A stretch of 63,920 nucleotides of DNA, counting the filler, from Welwitschia mirabilis (taxonomy: Eukaryota), in the NCBI GenBank assembly GCA_051453625.1. It is 9 parts of one record of this genome, joined end to end, with 100 filler letters (N's around TTAATTAATTAA, not from the genome) between each part and the next. Parts side by side here need not be neighbours in the genome. Positions count along the whole stretch, not along the records: positions 6,783 to 36,799 come from JBOZIK010000001.1; positions 36,900 to 40,214 come from JBOZIK010000001.1; 7 more parts are not named here. One strand, 5' to 3'. The notes under the pieces were generated by a model. That model was not told where the DNA came from. It ran no database searches and saw only the letters and a list, made by a program, of their open reading frames with translations. The position numbers and the translations under genes were made by a program. Positions 26,108 to 39,176 of the stretch are shown piece by piece. Numbering within the stretch: the first letter of the stretch is position 1; every line of letters starts with the position of its first letter.

Positions 26108-29100
26108 TGTAATACCTTAACTTTGATTACCTAATTAAGTATAATTTATTTTTGAAATGTTATTGACTAACATATACAATGAAACATAGGATCAATTCCT
26201 ACTTAGAACCTATTAAAACATTATAAGATTTAAAACAATTAAATAACATAATTACTACTTGATTATAAACCCTTTTGATTTACATATAATTGCAATGTCA
26301 AAATTATTCTCTATATTTATTTCTAGCATTTGTTTTTTCCATACAAAGATTCTTATACAAAGTTGATGGAATGTTAACTTTTTTAATCACATACATAAAA
26401 AAACTTAGGATAATGCCTAACCAATATAATAGGAGGTTCTAATTTCCATTAATAGCATTCCAACTTGATATCTAGCCATCTTCCAAATGTAAGTTACTTC
26501 TACTTTAGGTTTTATACTATACAAACATGGTTGAACTCAACTCCATAAGCTTAGACTTCACCTCGATATACTCTTAATATAGGTAACAAGCAATGCATGA
26601 GGTGGATGCATGTTTACAAATAACCCCTATTTCCTTGAAGCATATGAGAATAGTGTAAAATAATTTTTTAATACCAAGTGCTCAAGATATTAAGTTAGAG
26701 TAAGTCCATATATGGACAAGAAAGGAGATTGGTAATTAAATCCACTTTCAGAAGTGTTTATAAATAAAAGTATAATGCAATCCATGTTGCTGATAAATTC
26801 TAAGTATGAGGATGAATGATTATTAATATTATCTTAATTTTGTCGAATGAATACACCACATGAATATAGATATACTATTATGTGGATATTTAGTGGATTA
26901 TTTACCTAGTAAAAATAACTCTAATCATTATGGGTTTATTTTATAAAAATAATCATATAGAAGAAAAATAGAGTATATAAGCATCATTTTGATTTTATAT
27001 AAAGGAAAAAACATACATTCTCAAAGCACAATAGAAAAATAAATGAAAGAAANNNNNNNNNNNNNNNNNNNNNNNNNNNNNNNNNNNNNNNNNNNNNNNN
27101 NNNNNNNNNNNNNNNNNNNNNNNNNNNNNNNNNNNNNNNNNNNNNNNNNNNNNNNNNNNNNNNNNNNNNNNNNNNNNNNNNNNNNNNNNNNNNNNNNNNN
27201 NNNNNNNNNNNNNNNNNNNNNNNNNNNNNNNNNNNNNNNNNNNNNNNNNNNNNNNNNNNNNNNNNNNNNNNNNNNNNNNNNNNNNNNNNNNNNNNNNNNN
27301 NNNNNNNNNNNNNNNNNNNNNNNNNNNNNNNNNNNTAATTATTAAGTAAACAAACCTAATGTTTATGTCTTGAATGCAAGAGCAAGGGCCTAAATAATAA
27401 TAAAAAATATAAAATAATTAAAAAATAGATTTAAATTATGTAAAAATCATACATAGTGTTTAAAATAATTGGATATTTACATTGAATAATTTTCTATGAT
27501 TATTAAAATTATTTATAAATTTTCTTATCTTTTAAAATACATTGAAGCTAATAATTTATAATTAATTATNNNNNNNNNNNNNNNNNNNNNNNNNNNNNNN
27601 NNNNNNNNNNNNNNNNNNNNNNNNNNNNNNNNNNNNNNNNNNNNNNNNNNNNNNNNNNNNNNNNNNNNNNNNNNNNNNNNNNNNNNNNNNNNNNNNNNNN
27701 NNNNNNNNNNNNNNNNNNNNNNNNNNNNNNNNNNNNNNNNNNNNNNNNNNNNNNNNNNNNNNNNNNNNNNNNNNNNNNNNNNNNNNNNNNNNNNNNNNNN
27801 NNNNNNNNNNNNNNNNNNNNNNNNNNNNNNNNNNNNNNNNNNNNNNNNNNNNNNNNNNNNNNNNNNNNNNNNNNNNNNNNNNNNNNNNNNNNNNNNNNNN
27901 NNNNNNNNNNNNNNNNNNNNNNNNNNNNNNNNNNNNNNNNNNNNNNNNNNNNNNNNNNNNNNNNNNNNNNNNNNNNNNNNNNNNNNNNNNNNNNNNNNNN
28001 NNNNNNNNNNNNNNNNNNNNNNNNNNNNNNNNNNNNNNNNNNNNNNNNNNNNNNNNNNNNNNNNNNNNNNNNNNNNNNNNNNNNNNNNNNNNNNNNNNNN
28101 NNNNNNNNNNNNNNNNNNNNNNNNNNNNNNNNNNNNNNNNNNNNNNNNNNNNNNNNNNNNNNNNNNNNNNNNNNNNNNNNNNNNNNNNNNNNNNNNNNNN
28201 NNNNNNNNNNNNAATAAATAAAGTAATATATACTCAACTCATAATAATAAGCAATGTATCAAATACCATAGGCCATAGGATTTTTTAAGAAGGAGTCCTT
28301 ACCCTAAATAGATTTTTGAGGATTATAATAATTTACTTTAATAACAAATATAATGCCAATCTGATGCAAAATACATTTCAATAATAGGATAATATAAAAT
28401 GACATGGGTATCCAAAGTTATAGTGAAACCCCTAGTTACTTAGCCAAAATTTTCATTAGACACGTAGAAGCTAAGCATGTTAAGAGGTTCTTCAATTCTC
28501 TCCCTCATTTTAGTCTATGCTAATGAGAGAGAAAATATTAATTAATAGCCCTATTAACTAATCATGTAAGGAAATTCCTCAAATCTCTCTCTCATTATAG
28601 TCTTAACCAATGGGAGATATAACATGAATATTATATGAATACTATCATCATATGCATAGGTCTAATGCAAGAAATGGAAATAAAAATTCTTATGAAAGAG
28701 CTTACATGGAGGAAAAAATATTGATGATTCTTGAAAAAGATTAATAAAAGTCTTAAGCTTCAAGCACTAAGATCCAAGCTCCTTCACCAAACTCAAGAGG
28801 ATAAAACATTGAGAAGACATTTTGGTAGTATAAACTTACTTAAAGAATATTCGTTTGAGAAGAAAGGAGAGGACTCTCTTTATAGATAATTAATGTACCA
28901 AAGGTCTTTGATTTAATTGGATAAGAACCATTCACATCATTTTACTCAGTATTGAATGAGTTACTTTCTTAAATTATGCCTCACTTTTGGGAGAAAGTAA
29001 ACTTCAACTAAACTAAGGATAAGAGAACTCATATTAATTTATAAAGATGAATAAACAAACTAAAACTTCATAATAAAAATTTGTATTCAAAGTATATATA

Positions 29101-31045
29101 ACACAATTATAAGTAGTATAAACTTAACTCAAACAATAAATAAAGTAATATATACTCAACTCATAATAATAAGCAATGTATCAAATACCATAGGCCATAG
29201 GATTTTTTAAGNNNNNNNNNNNNNNNNNNNNNNNNNNNNNNNNNNNNNNNNNNNNNNNNNNNNNNNNNNNNNNNNNNNNNNNNNNNNNNNNNNNNNNNNN
29301 NNNNNNNNNNNNNNNNNNNNNNNNNNNNNNNNNNNNNNNNNNNNNNNNNNNNNNNNNNNNNNNNNNNNNNNNNNNNNNNNNNNNNNNNNNNNNNNNNNNN
29401 NNNNNNNNNNNNNNNNNNNNNNNNNNNNNNNNNNNNNNNNNNNNNNNNNNNNNNNNNNNNNNNNNNNNNNNNNNNNNNNNNNNNNNNNNNNNNNNNNNNN
29501 NNNNNNNNNNNNNNNNNNNNNNNNNNNNNNNNNNNNNNNNNNNNNNNNNNNNNNNNNNNNNNNNNNNNNNNNNNNNNNNNNNNNNNNNNNNNNNNNNNNN
29601 NNNNNNNNNNNNNNNNNNNNNNNNNNNNNNNNNNNNNNNNNNNNNNNNNNNNNNNNNNNNNNNNNNNNNNNNNNNNNNNNNNNNNNNNNNNNNNNNNNNN
29701 NNNNNNNNNNNNNNNNNNNNNNNNNNNNNNNNNNNNNNNNNNNNNNNNNNNNNNNNNNNNNNNNNNNNNNNNNNNNNNNNNNNNNNNNNNNNNNNNNNNN
29801 NNNNNNNNNNATTAATGTACAAAAGGTCTTTGATTTAATTGGATAAGAACCATTCACATCATTTTACCTATAAGGTAAAAAAAATTCTTTTAGTTTAATA
29901 AAATTAACCAATAATAAGTTGGATGGGCTTGTGTAAAATTAATTTGGACATATAAATAATAAATGATAAGATTGATTAATAATAAGTTGGATGAGCTTGT
30001 ATAGAAGTAATATTAACATATGAATGATAATTGATAAGATTGATCAATGAAAAATTGTAAGAGCTTGTGTAAGAAGTGAAAGTAATGTGTAAATGACAAA
30101 AGAAATCTTATTTATGACTCATGCACCTAATTGGAGTGACTAAGCTTCTTTCGTTAATTAGCACGATTAATTACATGCATAATTTTTTCATGCTAGATAC
30201 TTCCTAATCCTTCATAGCCTTATAATCAATCCAAAACATATTTAAAATTCATGGGAAGAATGAATGCACCAATTTTAAAATTGCCATATGACATAATAAG
30301 AAAAATAATATTTTATGCACAAAGTACTTTCACAAATATCAATAAGGATAAAAGTCATGGTAGAAAAAATTATACCCATTTATCCTTTTTAGTTTATGGG
30401 TAAGAGTGCTTGTTCGTATTTACATGTTTACACTCTTCATAAGCTATCACATTGATAACATAAATCATTAAAAAACAAAATCATAATTTAATATACAAAA
30501 AGTGTCATAGTGAAATATAAGAAATTGTTATAGGTAAACATAGTACTCTTAATTTTTACTTACTTATTATTTTTTCACTCTTAATAAGTAATTTTAGTTT
30601 TTTCTTTCTTTTTAGATTTGAACAAGGCACATCCATAAATGATTAAAATAAAAGTTTCACATGCCATTTTTTTAGACATTTAATTACACCTTCACATGAA
30701 TTTTTTGATTTAACTATTTAACCATGTAAATGACTTGTTTAATCATAAATAGGTTTATTTAGTATTAAAATTCCTATAATAATCATTTTTATTTAAATTA
30801 ATAAAATTATCTAAAACTAGTATTAATTAATTAAGTAACCTCATGAGCACCTATAATTCAAAGTTGATCTTTGGCATAAGAAATATAATACATTATTAAT
30901 TGTAAGGCTACACATCGAATCTCATTAAAGAAACAAAAGGATTTTTATTAAAAATTAATATTAAAATGTATTACATCAATTAGAGACTCTCATAATCATG
31001 TCATTGCATATACTAATTAAAGATTATAAAATACGGGATTTAACA
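26108..31045 (-). repeat. 5' LTR of element C (contains a ~920-bp internal tandem duplication)
   Basis: TGTAATACC...GGATTTAACA, adjacent to the decayed PBS (reverse complement TGATATTAGGGC versus TGGTATCAGAGC). Confidence 0.88.
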
Positions 31046-31297
31046 TATAAGCTAGTCATTATTATTGATGATATCAAGCTAAGTATTATAGTGATGTGAT
31101 TTCACGTGAACACTTGCTAGGGGAGGCTTAGAATGGCATAATGCTAATAAATTTATTATAGATTATTTCCTCTTTTTAGGAGACTTGAATAGTTGCCTTT
31201 ACTCTTTAATGAAATTAGGTATTTTATTGGTGAAATTGGTCTTTGATGTTTTCTTTTATTTAGGATATTTAAAAGATAGCAATTTATTATCTTCATG

Positions 31298-31309
31298 GCT
31301 CTAATACCA
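31298..31309 (-). promoter_or_regulatory. Primer-binding site (initiator tRNA-Met) of element B
   Basis: GCTCTAATACCA, reverse complement TGGTATTAGAGC, 2 bp from the LTR end at 31312. Confidence 0.85.
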
Positions 31310-31311
31310 AT

Positions 31312-31696
31312 TGTAAACATTCAAATTCATATAAAGTGGGAAAAAAAAGAATTAGAAATGTACAATAATCTATCAATGAAGATATCCATGCTTTATTTAT
31401 CAAAGAAAAGTTTTCTTGCCAAGTCATACAACCTTCAACCAGCTTTTCAAGGACACAAGTACACTTGTGTAAATCACATTCATGCCCTTCAATCCTTCCT
31501 TACCCATGGCTTAATGATGGTGAACTATCATGGTGATGTTTCATAAGAATTGTGAATCTTCATAATTAGGTATAATTAGTTTTGCAAGGGTCATAACCCT
31601 TGAATGATAGATTTACCTCTTTAGCAAACATAGCCACTAATATTAACAATATGAATATAGGTGTTATTTCCTTCAAAGGAAAAGGGGATCATGAGA
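31312..31696 (-). repeat. 5' LTR of element B
   Basis: Homologous to 10004-10513, clearest in the 31560-31696 versus 10378-10513 comparison. Confidence 0.75.
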
Positions 31697-32329
31697 GGGT
31701 GCTTGAGATGTTTCCACTTAAGAGAGACACAACTCTCTATACAATCTGAACAACATAGCTATGGCAGTTAAAGATTGTACAATAAGCTTAGAGAACAACA
31801 TAACTTGATGCAATCAATGTTTACATAAAGCTCCCCATGCTTACTGCCAAGCAAGACTCATTACTAATAAAATCATAATGTGGTTAAGGAGAGAGTAATT
31901 TTAAATTGTAAACCTTAAAGAACATTAAACCCATGAGCAATGGTAAGCGTAAAAAAGAGACAGGAAAAAACTAGAAAAGGGACTTGGTCTTGATATAGTT
32001 AAGTTGAGTGGATCTTATTCAATATCCCAACTTAATCTAATCCAAATTACAAGTGAACTTAAGGTCTTTGTGAGCAAAAATCAAGTCAATTAGATCTTGC
32101 TTCACATCTCAACTTGACTTGATATAAGAAAAATAATATAAATAAGCTTATAATAACAAAGACCACCACAAAAAAATACAATAAAGCTAAAAATACACTA
32201 AAAAATACATTTGCAAAAAAATGAGTTAAAATGTCAACAAAAGTTAGATATCTACAAGACAAAAAAAGCTTTTAGAAAAAGCACAATTGTACATGTGTAC
32301 CTTAAAAGCTCAAAAGATAAAATCAAAAC

Positions 32330-33870
32330 CCCAAGCTGCAAAATCCGCGTATGTAAGAAAACTTAAATTTTGAAAATTGGAAAATTTTAAAATTTCTAGT
32401 GCAGGCCCAAGCTCAGCGTTTAGTAAAAGAATTGGCATCCTTCTTTGCAAAAATCAGTCTAAACGGTACTTAAGTAAAACTGAATCTGTTCATTTCTGTT
32501 TGAATGAACGAATGATATGCTAAACTATTCCATTCAAGCCAAATCTGCATAAAATGAGTCTTCTAATTTATGATAATTACAGTGCTGCCACAGAAGCATG
32601 TTCAATAGCCCACGAAAATTGATTGAAAGAGGTATGGAAGCCCACCCACAGCCAACTTCGCAATCCAAGAGATGTTGCTCCATCCAATGATGGATGTTCC
32701 TACGCAAAGCTTAAATGTAGCACAGTTCTTTCTGAGAATTATGAACTGTACCAATAAAACACACAACATGGATCAAGTATGGCCAAAACCTGTAGAGATA
32801 TAAAATACCTGCCAAAAACTCACCAGAATTTTACAGCGACAATTGACGATTTCAAAGCAGGCTCATGGAAATTCATGGGGAGACGCAGCAAATAATTTGC
32901 AAGAGATAAAATGCCCTTTCTATGTGAATGGCTTCACATGTACTAGTTGATGCTGCCGGCTACCGACAATACCAATTCCCCATGTAGAGTAGTCAGCGCG
33001 GTTGCAGTGATAGAAGTGCAAAGTCAGCGTGGTTGCAGTGAGAGAAGCACTAACAGAGACGGTGAATAGGGCACGACGGACTAGAAGGGGAAGAAGTACT
33101 ATGCAGCAGGCCGGTTCTTATGAGGCTATCCGAGGTAGTGACAAGGTACAGTGAAGGAGTTATCGGTGCCATTGACCAGCCTTGTATGGGAGGCAACTGT
33201 AACAAGACGAGGCGGTTTTCTTTCATCAACTGCGCGTGCCCGGAAAATCGGCGACTGCTAAGTTGTTGGCACTAGGTATTGCATTGATGTTACAGAGAAG
33301 AACAAGAGAGCTGCTTTTGGTAGAAAGAATAGAAAGGGAACTGCCGTGACCGGTAAAAACGCCACAGAAGGAAAGGCGTGGATAGCTGGCTTTCCTAGAA
33401 GTCCGAAACTGTCCATTCAGCGCCGAGAGGGACAACCTGCAAGAAGACCTACGGTGGGCCGCAGCATTATCAGCAAGAGCATGAATACCAAGCCTTTAAA
33501 AATTGGCGACGGCGTCCCGGCTCACACTTGGAATCCTAACCGAGGGGCAAGGAAACTCGGCTTTTAGTAGGCCAAGCGAGAGAGCGTTATTGGTCAGGAA
33601 AAGGCTATACAGAGGATGTTCGAGGAGTTGTAATGGTTGACATCTTAAGGAAAGAGGCAGAGGCACTTGTGCGTAGTGCAGTTGTGAGAGATGCCGCACA
33701 GGAAGCATAAAAAGTAGAATGACAGGCAAATATCAAAATGCAAAAGCACAGAAATGTAAAAGAGTAGAAAACTTACAAGAATCGGTAGGCAATGGTAGGT
33801 TTTTTTGAAGATTAGCTTGACCTCTTTTGAAAGAAGTGTGTTCTCAATTGTAGCCTAAAAATGGCTACAC
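32330..33870. other. GC/CpG-rich island of unknown origin
   Basis: Visibly higher GC and many CpG dinucleotides relative to the flanks. No recognisable TE or protein motif. Confidence 0.6.
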
Positions 33871-35025
33871 ATTAGACCCTTGTAAAAAATGTATTTATGC
33901 AAAAACCATGTTTATGCAAGTGTAGATTAGCTTAAAAAATCATCTTTGGGACCTTTCTGCAGGAACTTTTATGATTATATGATGATTATGAATAATCTTG
34001 ATGATGATTTATTGGAAGAGTAACATTGAAAAGTAATCAAGATTAATTCCTATTTTTAGAACCTAGACTTTTAATGGTGTCGACACTTCCAATTTCTTAA
34101 TGACAAAAGTGTTATATATTAAACTTCACATTAGAAATAACATATGTTATCATAACAAATGTAAAAATCGAAGTATAGTCCAAGATTGAGTACCATAATA
34201 ATGAAGTATTAGACATACTAACTCCCACATCGGTAGCAACACGTAATCTGCATAGACTTAAGTACCATTGGGCATTTGTGACACATACCTACCTATCTAG
34301 CTTACCTTCCTTTGANNNNNNNNNNNNNNNNNNNNNNNNNNNNNNNNNNNNNNNNNNNNNNNNNNNNNNNNNNNNNNNNNNNNNNNNNNNNNNNNNNNNN
34401 NNNNNNNNNNNNNNNCCATTGGGCATTTGTAACACATACCTACCTACCTAGCTTACCTTCCTTTGAAAAAATCAAAGCATAAATTTCAAAATGGTGCTAA
34501 GGTGTTACTTTACCACTATAAAACCATCTAGCTAAATCCATACTATAGGTATCAAAAAACATGTCAAAAATGTAGTGCTTAGAGCTTTTGGTTGATTTTT
34601 CAACCTTCTAGCCCTATTTGATCTTAATAAAAGAACATAGATCCTTATGTATATTTAATAAATCATTAATTAATGATTCAAAACCCATTTCATCTCTTTT
34701 TGATCCTATATTTTATCATTTTCATTAGTATTGAAGTGATCTTGGGTAATTTTTTATTATTTCTAGCCATTTTAGCCAAATTTGGCTATTTTTTTACACC
34801 TTTTAATTTATTATTATTATCATTATTCATTATTACATTGAACTCAAATAATTTCCACTTATAAGGAGGCGTTAAAAAGTTCAAGTTAGGATCCTTTACC
34901 CTCTCTTTTTATTAGTTTAGGAGGATTTTTATGCTAAGCATTAAGTTGTAAGATTTTGAACAATTTAAGATTAATAGAGGTGTGTTATTGTTAATTGAAT
35001 AATTTTGTCTTTTTCTTATAGTTTT

Positions 35026-38000
35026 TGTCATCTCCCATATTTTGTAAACCTTAATTAGTTGGATATTAAGCATATTAAGCTTTTAATCACATAATGAATT
35101 ACTCTTCTTTAAAGCCTTTGTTAAAATAAGATGGTATTTTAAATTTACCTCAGTTTGTAATTTTCATATTCACCATGAAAATGATAATAATTATGTTTAA
35201 AAGTTTTTATGAGAAAAACTATTCAAACATTTAAAATTATACAATCTCATTATGTAAAGAATTAAAATCACATGATAAAACTAATAAATTAAAAGTTCAA
35301 AGAAGACATAATAATATATTTTACATCTTATTTACTTATTTAAATTCTTGGTAAATTTGATAGGTGTACTATATTATGAATATATATTTTTTTCTTTGTG
35401 TTGTGTGATTGATATATTCAATGCATTATGAAATAAATATGCAGATGAACAACTACATGCACTCTCACATAGAACCAAGAATCATAAATGAGTAGATTTA
35501 CTCTATTATGACGTTTATCTTGTTAAGATGTGAAAGGGAACTTGATTCATAGATATTTATTTTTTTAGTTTCATTAGAATTAAAGAGTTTATCTTATAAT
35601 GCCACATGACATTTTTGAGATTTGTGCATTTATTCTTTTGATGTATGTTTTGGATGAATTAAACTTATTTATAAGCCTATGAATAATTAAAAAGAACCTA
35701 GCATGACAAAATAATGCATGTAATAAACCTTGCTAATTAAAGCAAGAAGATTACTCACCTTAGTTAGCTGCATGAGTTATAAATATGATTACTTTTTAAA
35801 ATCTAATCTCACTTATTACTCATCTCACTTATTAATGATAAATCATGTAATCTTGTGATCTTGAGATATGTTCCTTTTATTTATCTATATATAGAAATCC
35901 TTTCCTCTGTTTTAAGGAGGAGATATTTTCTATTTTTCATGCAAGTGCATTTCCCTTTTTTCTCTTTCTTTCTTTTCATTTTCTTACTTGTAAAGCTTGG
36001 AAGCTTGGAGCTAAGGTTTCTTAGGCTTGGACCTTCATCAATCTTCAACTATTAAGGAGTTACTAATCTTTCTAAGTAAGCTCTTTTTTGATGTTGTCCA
36101 TATAATCCTTTTTAAAGATTTGAGTAGAGTGATGATATATTGCATTGGGCCATTATTATGATTACCTTGAAATTATATTTTTTTAATAATTTGATTCCCT
36201 CCCATTGGCTATCACAAAGACACTGGAAAGATATGAGGGATTTCTTGTTCTTAATGATGGAGGTTAGTAATGGATGATTATGGCCAAATGACTAGGGGGT
36301 TCAATTAAAAAAAAGAAAAAAAAGGAAAATAAAAAGGAAAAAAAAGTATTTGGATACCTATGTCTATTTTAATATCATATTTCTATCTATTATGCATTAG
36401 GTCCATCTTATTAGTGGTAAAGTTATAATCCTCAAAAATCTCTTTTAGGTTACTTTTTTTGTAACACATTAACTTTAATCACCCCAATTAATAATTTTTT
36501 AAGCATTAACAATTTTTTAAGCATTAACATTATTAACTAATATGCAAAACAGAACCTAGGATCAAATCCTATTTAGACTTCATTAACACGATACAATATT
36601 TGAAATGATTAGACAATAGAATTATTACTTAACTATAGACCGTTTTGGTTTGCATACAATAATGATGTCAAAATTGTGTCCTATATTTATTTTTATCTTT
36701 GTTTTTTTCACACAAAATATCTTGTATAAAGTTGATGGGATGTTAACTTATTTTATCACATACAATGGATAAGTTTTAGGATAATGCCTAACCAATATAN
36801 NNNNNNNNNNNNNNNNNNNNNNNNNNNNNNNNNNNNNNNNNNNTTAATTAATTAANNNNNNNNNNNNNNNNNNNNNNNNNNNNNNNNNNNNNNNNNNNNT
36901 TTAGTTGATAAGACTGATAAACGACAAGTTGAATGAGGTTGTATAAGAGTGACATTGACATATAAATGATAATGATAATATTGATCAATGAAAAGTTTGA
37001 TGGACTTTATGTAAAAGTGATTTGAACATGTAAATGAAAATGATAAGATTGAACAATGACAAGTTGGATAAGCTTGTGTAGAAATGACATTGATAAGATT
37101 AATTAATGATAAATTGTAAGAGCTTATGTAAGAGGTGAAAGTGATGTATGAATAATAAAAGGAATCTTATTTATGACTCATGCACTTAATTTAGATGAGT
37201 AGTATTCTTGCTTTAATTAAAAAGATTAATTACATGTATCATTTCCTCATGCTAGTTCCTTTTTAATACCTCATAGGCTCATAATTCATCTAAAACATAT
37301 TTAAAATGCATTGGAAGAACAAATGCATTAATTTTAAAATTGTCATGTGACACAATAAGAAAAATAGTATTTTATGCATAAAGTACTTCCACAAATACTA
37401 ATAATAATAAAAGTCATGATAAAATTAATTCTACTCATTTATCCTTTTTAATTTATAGATAAGAGTGCATGTCCTTATTCACATGTTTATACTCTTCATG
37501 ATACATTATATCAACAANNNNNNNNNNNNNNNNNNNNNNNNNNNNNNNNNNNNNNNNNNNNNNNNNNNNNNNNNNNNNNNNNNNNNNNNNNNNNNNNNNN
37601 NNNNNNNNNNNNNNNNNTTTTAATTTATAGATAAGAGTGCATGTCCTTATTCACATGTTTATACTCTTCATGATACATCATATCAACAATACAAATAACA
37701 AGAAAAGAATGCCATAATTAAATATAAGAAAAATGTCATAATGGGTTGTAAGAAAATGTCATAATTAAATATAAGAAATGTCATAGTTGAACACAGTACA
37801 CTTACTTATTGTTCTTTCTCTTTTATCAAGTAATTTTATCTTCTTTTAAAAACTTGAATACAACACATGAATAAATGATTAAAATAAATATATCACATGC
37901 TTTTTTTAATAGACATTATTTTACATCTTCATATGGATTTTTTGATTTAACTATTTAACCATAAAAATGACTTTCCTAATCATAAATAGATTTATTTATT

Positions 38001-39176
38001 ATTAAAATTCTTATAACTTACAATAATAAATTACCCAAACTAAAATTAAATAATTAAGTAATCTTATGAGTATCTATAACATTTGACATATAATACCTTA
38101 TTGATTATAGGGCTACACAGAAATTTTTACTATGAATAAAAAAGGATTTTCATTAAAATTGATATCAAAATATATTACACAGTTTAGAAACTCTTATAGC
38201 CATTAATTAAAGTTTATAAAATGTGGGCTATAACACTTTCATGAAANNNNNNNNNNNNNNNNNNNNNNNNNNNNNNNNNNNNNNNNNNNNNNNNNNNNNN
38301 NNNNNNNNNNNNNNNNNNNNNNNNNNNNNNNNNNNNNNNNNNNNNNGACTTGCCTAATCATAAATAGATATATTTAGTATTAAAATTCTTATAACTTACA
38401 ATAATAAATTACCCAAACTAAAATTAAATAATTAAGTAATCTTATGAATATCTATAACATTTGACATATAATACCTTATTGATTATAGGGCTACACATAA
38501 ATTTTCACTATGAATAAAAAAGGATTTTCATTAAAATTGATATCAAAATATATTACATAGTTTAGAAACTCTTATAGCTGTTAATTAAAGTTTACAAAAT
38601 GTGGGCTATAACACTTTCATGAAAATCTTAAGGCTTATAGTAAATTAAATTGATTTGATTTTCATTTCTATAATGATTTAAATTAATAGATTTAGTTAAG
38701 ATATTTTGTAAATAATTATTTAGTATATCGATTATTTTATTGAATTAAATTATTATATAAGTAGTTGTAAAAACTTCACCATTTTTTTAATAGTAAAATC
38801 TAAATTTTTGAAATAGAGACATAGGTTAAAAACACCAAAACTTNNNNNNNNNNNNNNNNNNNNNNNNNNNNNNNNNNNNNNNNNNNNNNNNNNNNNNNNN
38901 NNNNNNNNNNNNNNNNNNNNNNNNNNNNNNNNNNNNNNNNNNNAGTAAGTATATCGATTATTTTACTGAATTAAATTATTATATAACTAGTTGTAAAAAC
39001 TTCACCATTTTTTTAATAGTAAAATCTAAATTTTCGAAATAGAGACATAGGTTAAAAACACCAAAACTTGTTAATTAGTAGGTATAGTCTAGGATTGTGT
39101 TATGATTGTGAAAATGTAAAAATAGTAATTTTTTAATGTATAATAAATTTTAAAAAATTCATTTATTAAAATATTT
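35026..39176 (+). mobile_element. Family C-related LTR in the opposite orientation, split by an insertion
   Basis: Starts TGTCATCTCCCATATTTTGTAA, the reverse complement of the C LTR end. 35700-35790 matches the reverse complement of 17230-17320. It resumes at 38614 (CTTTCATGAAAATCTTAAGG) and runs into a gap. Confidence 0.7.
36460..38613 (-). mobile_element. Family C LTR (solo-like) nested in another family C LTR
   Basis: TGTAACAC...GGGCTATAACA, colinear with 14201-18706. Flanks TTTTT/CTTTC. Contains a contig linker and gap-flanking duplicates. Confidence 0.75.

Larger units (their letters stand above)
14201..31045 (-). mobile_element. Full-length decayed Tekay/Del-like Ty3/gypsy element (family C)
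   Basis: Long LTRs at 14201-18706 and 26108-31045 with TGTAA...TAACA termini. Perfect 5-bp TSD TATAA (14196-14200 and 31046-31050). Decayed Met PBS at 26093-26104 and PPT at 18707-18722. gag-PR-RT-RH-INT order. Confidence 0.92.
10004..31696 (-). mobile_element. Short-LTR chromovirus-like Ty3/gypsy element (family B), internally deleted, carrying nested insertions
   Basis: LTRs at 10004-10513 and 31312-31696 share the block GCAAGGGTCATA.CCCTTGAATGATA...ATAGGTGTTATT...CAAAGGAAAA. Met-type PBS at 31298-31309 and PPT at 10514-10530. The TSD is not convincing (GTATG/GGGTG). Confidence 0.7.

Noticed and set aside
33849..33869. Hairpin TGTAGCC-N7-GGCTACA as a Helitron 3' end or terminator
   Set aside because: The stem is only 7 bp, there is no properly spaced CTRR end, and there is no other Helitron evidence.
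34673..36055. Short hydrophobic ORFs (34673, 35855; similarly 46449, 56668) as membrane peptides
   Set aside because: Their F/L/I-rich composition is expected from AT-rich DNA, most lie inside LTR or UTR sequence, and none has gene structure.
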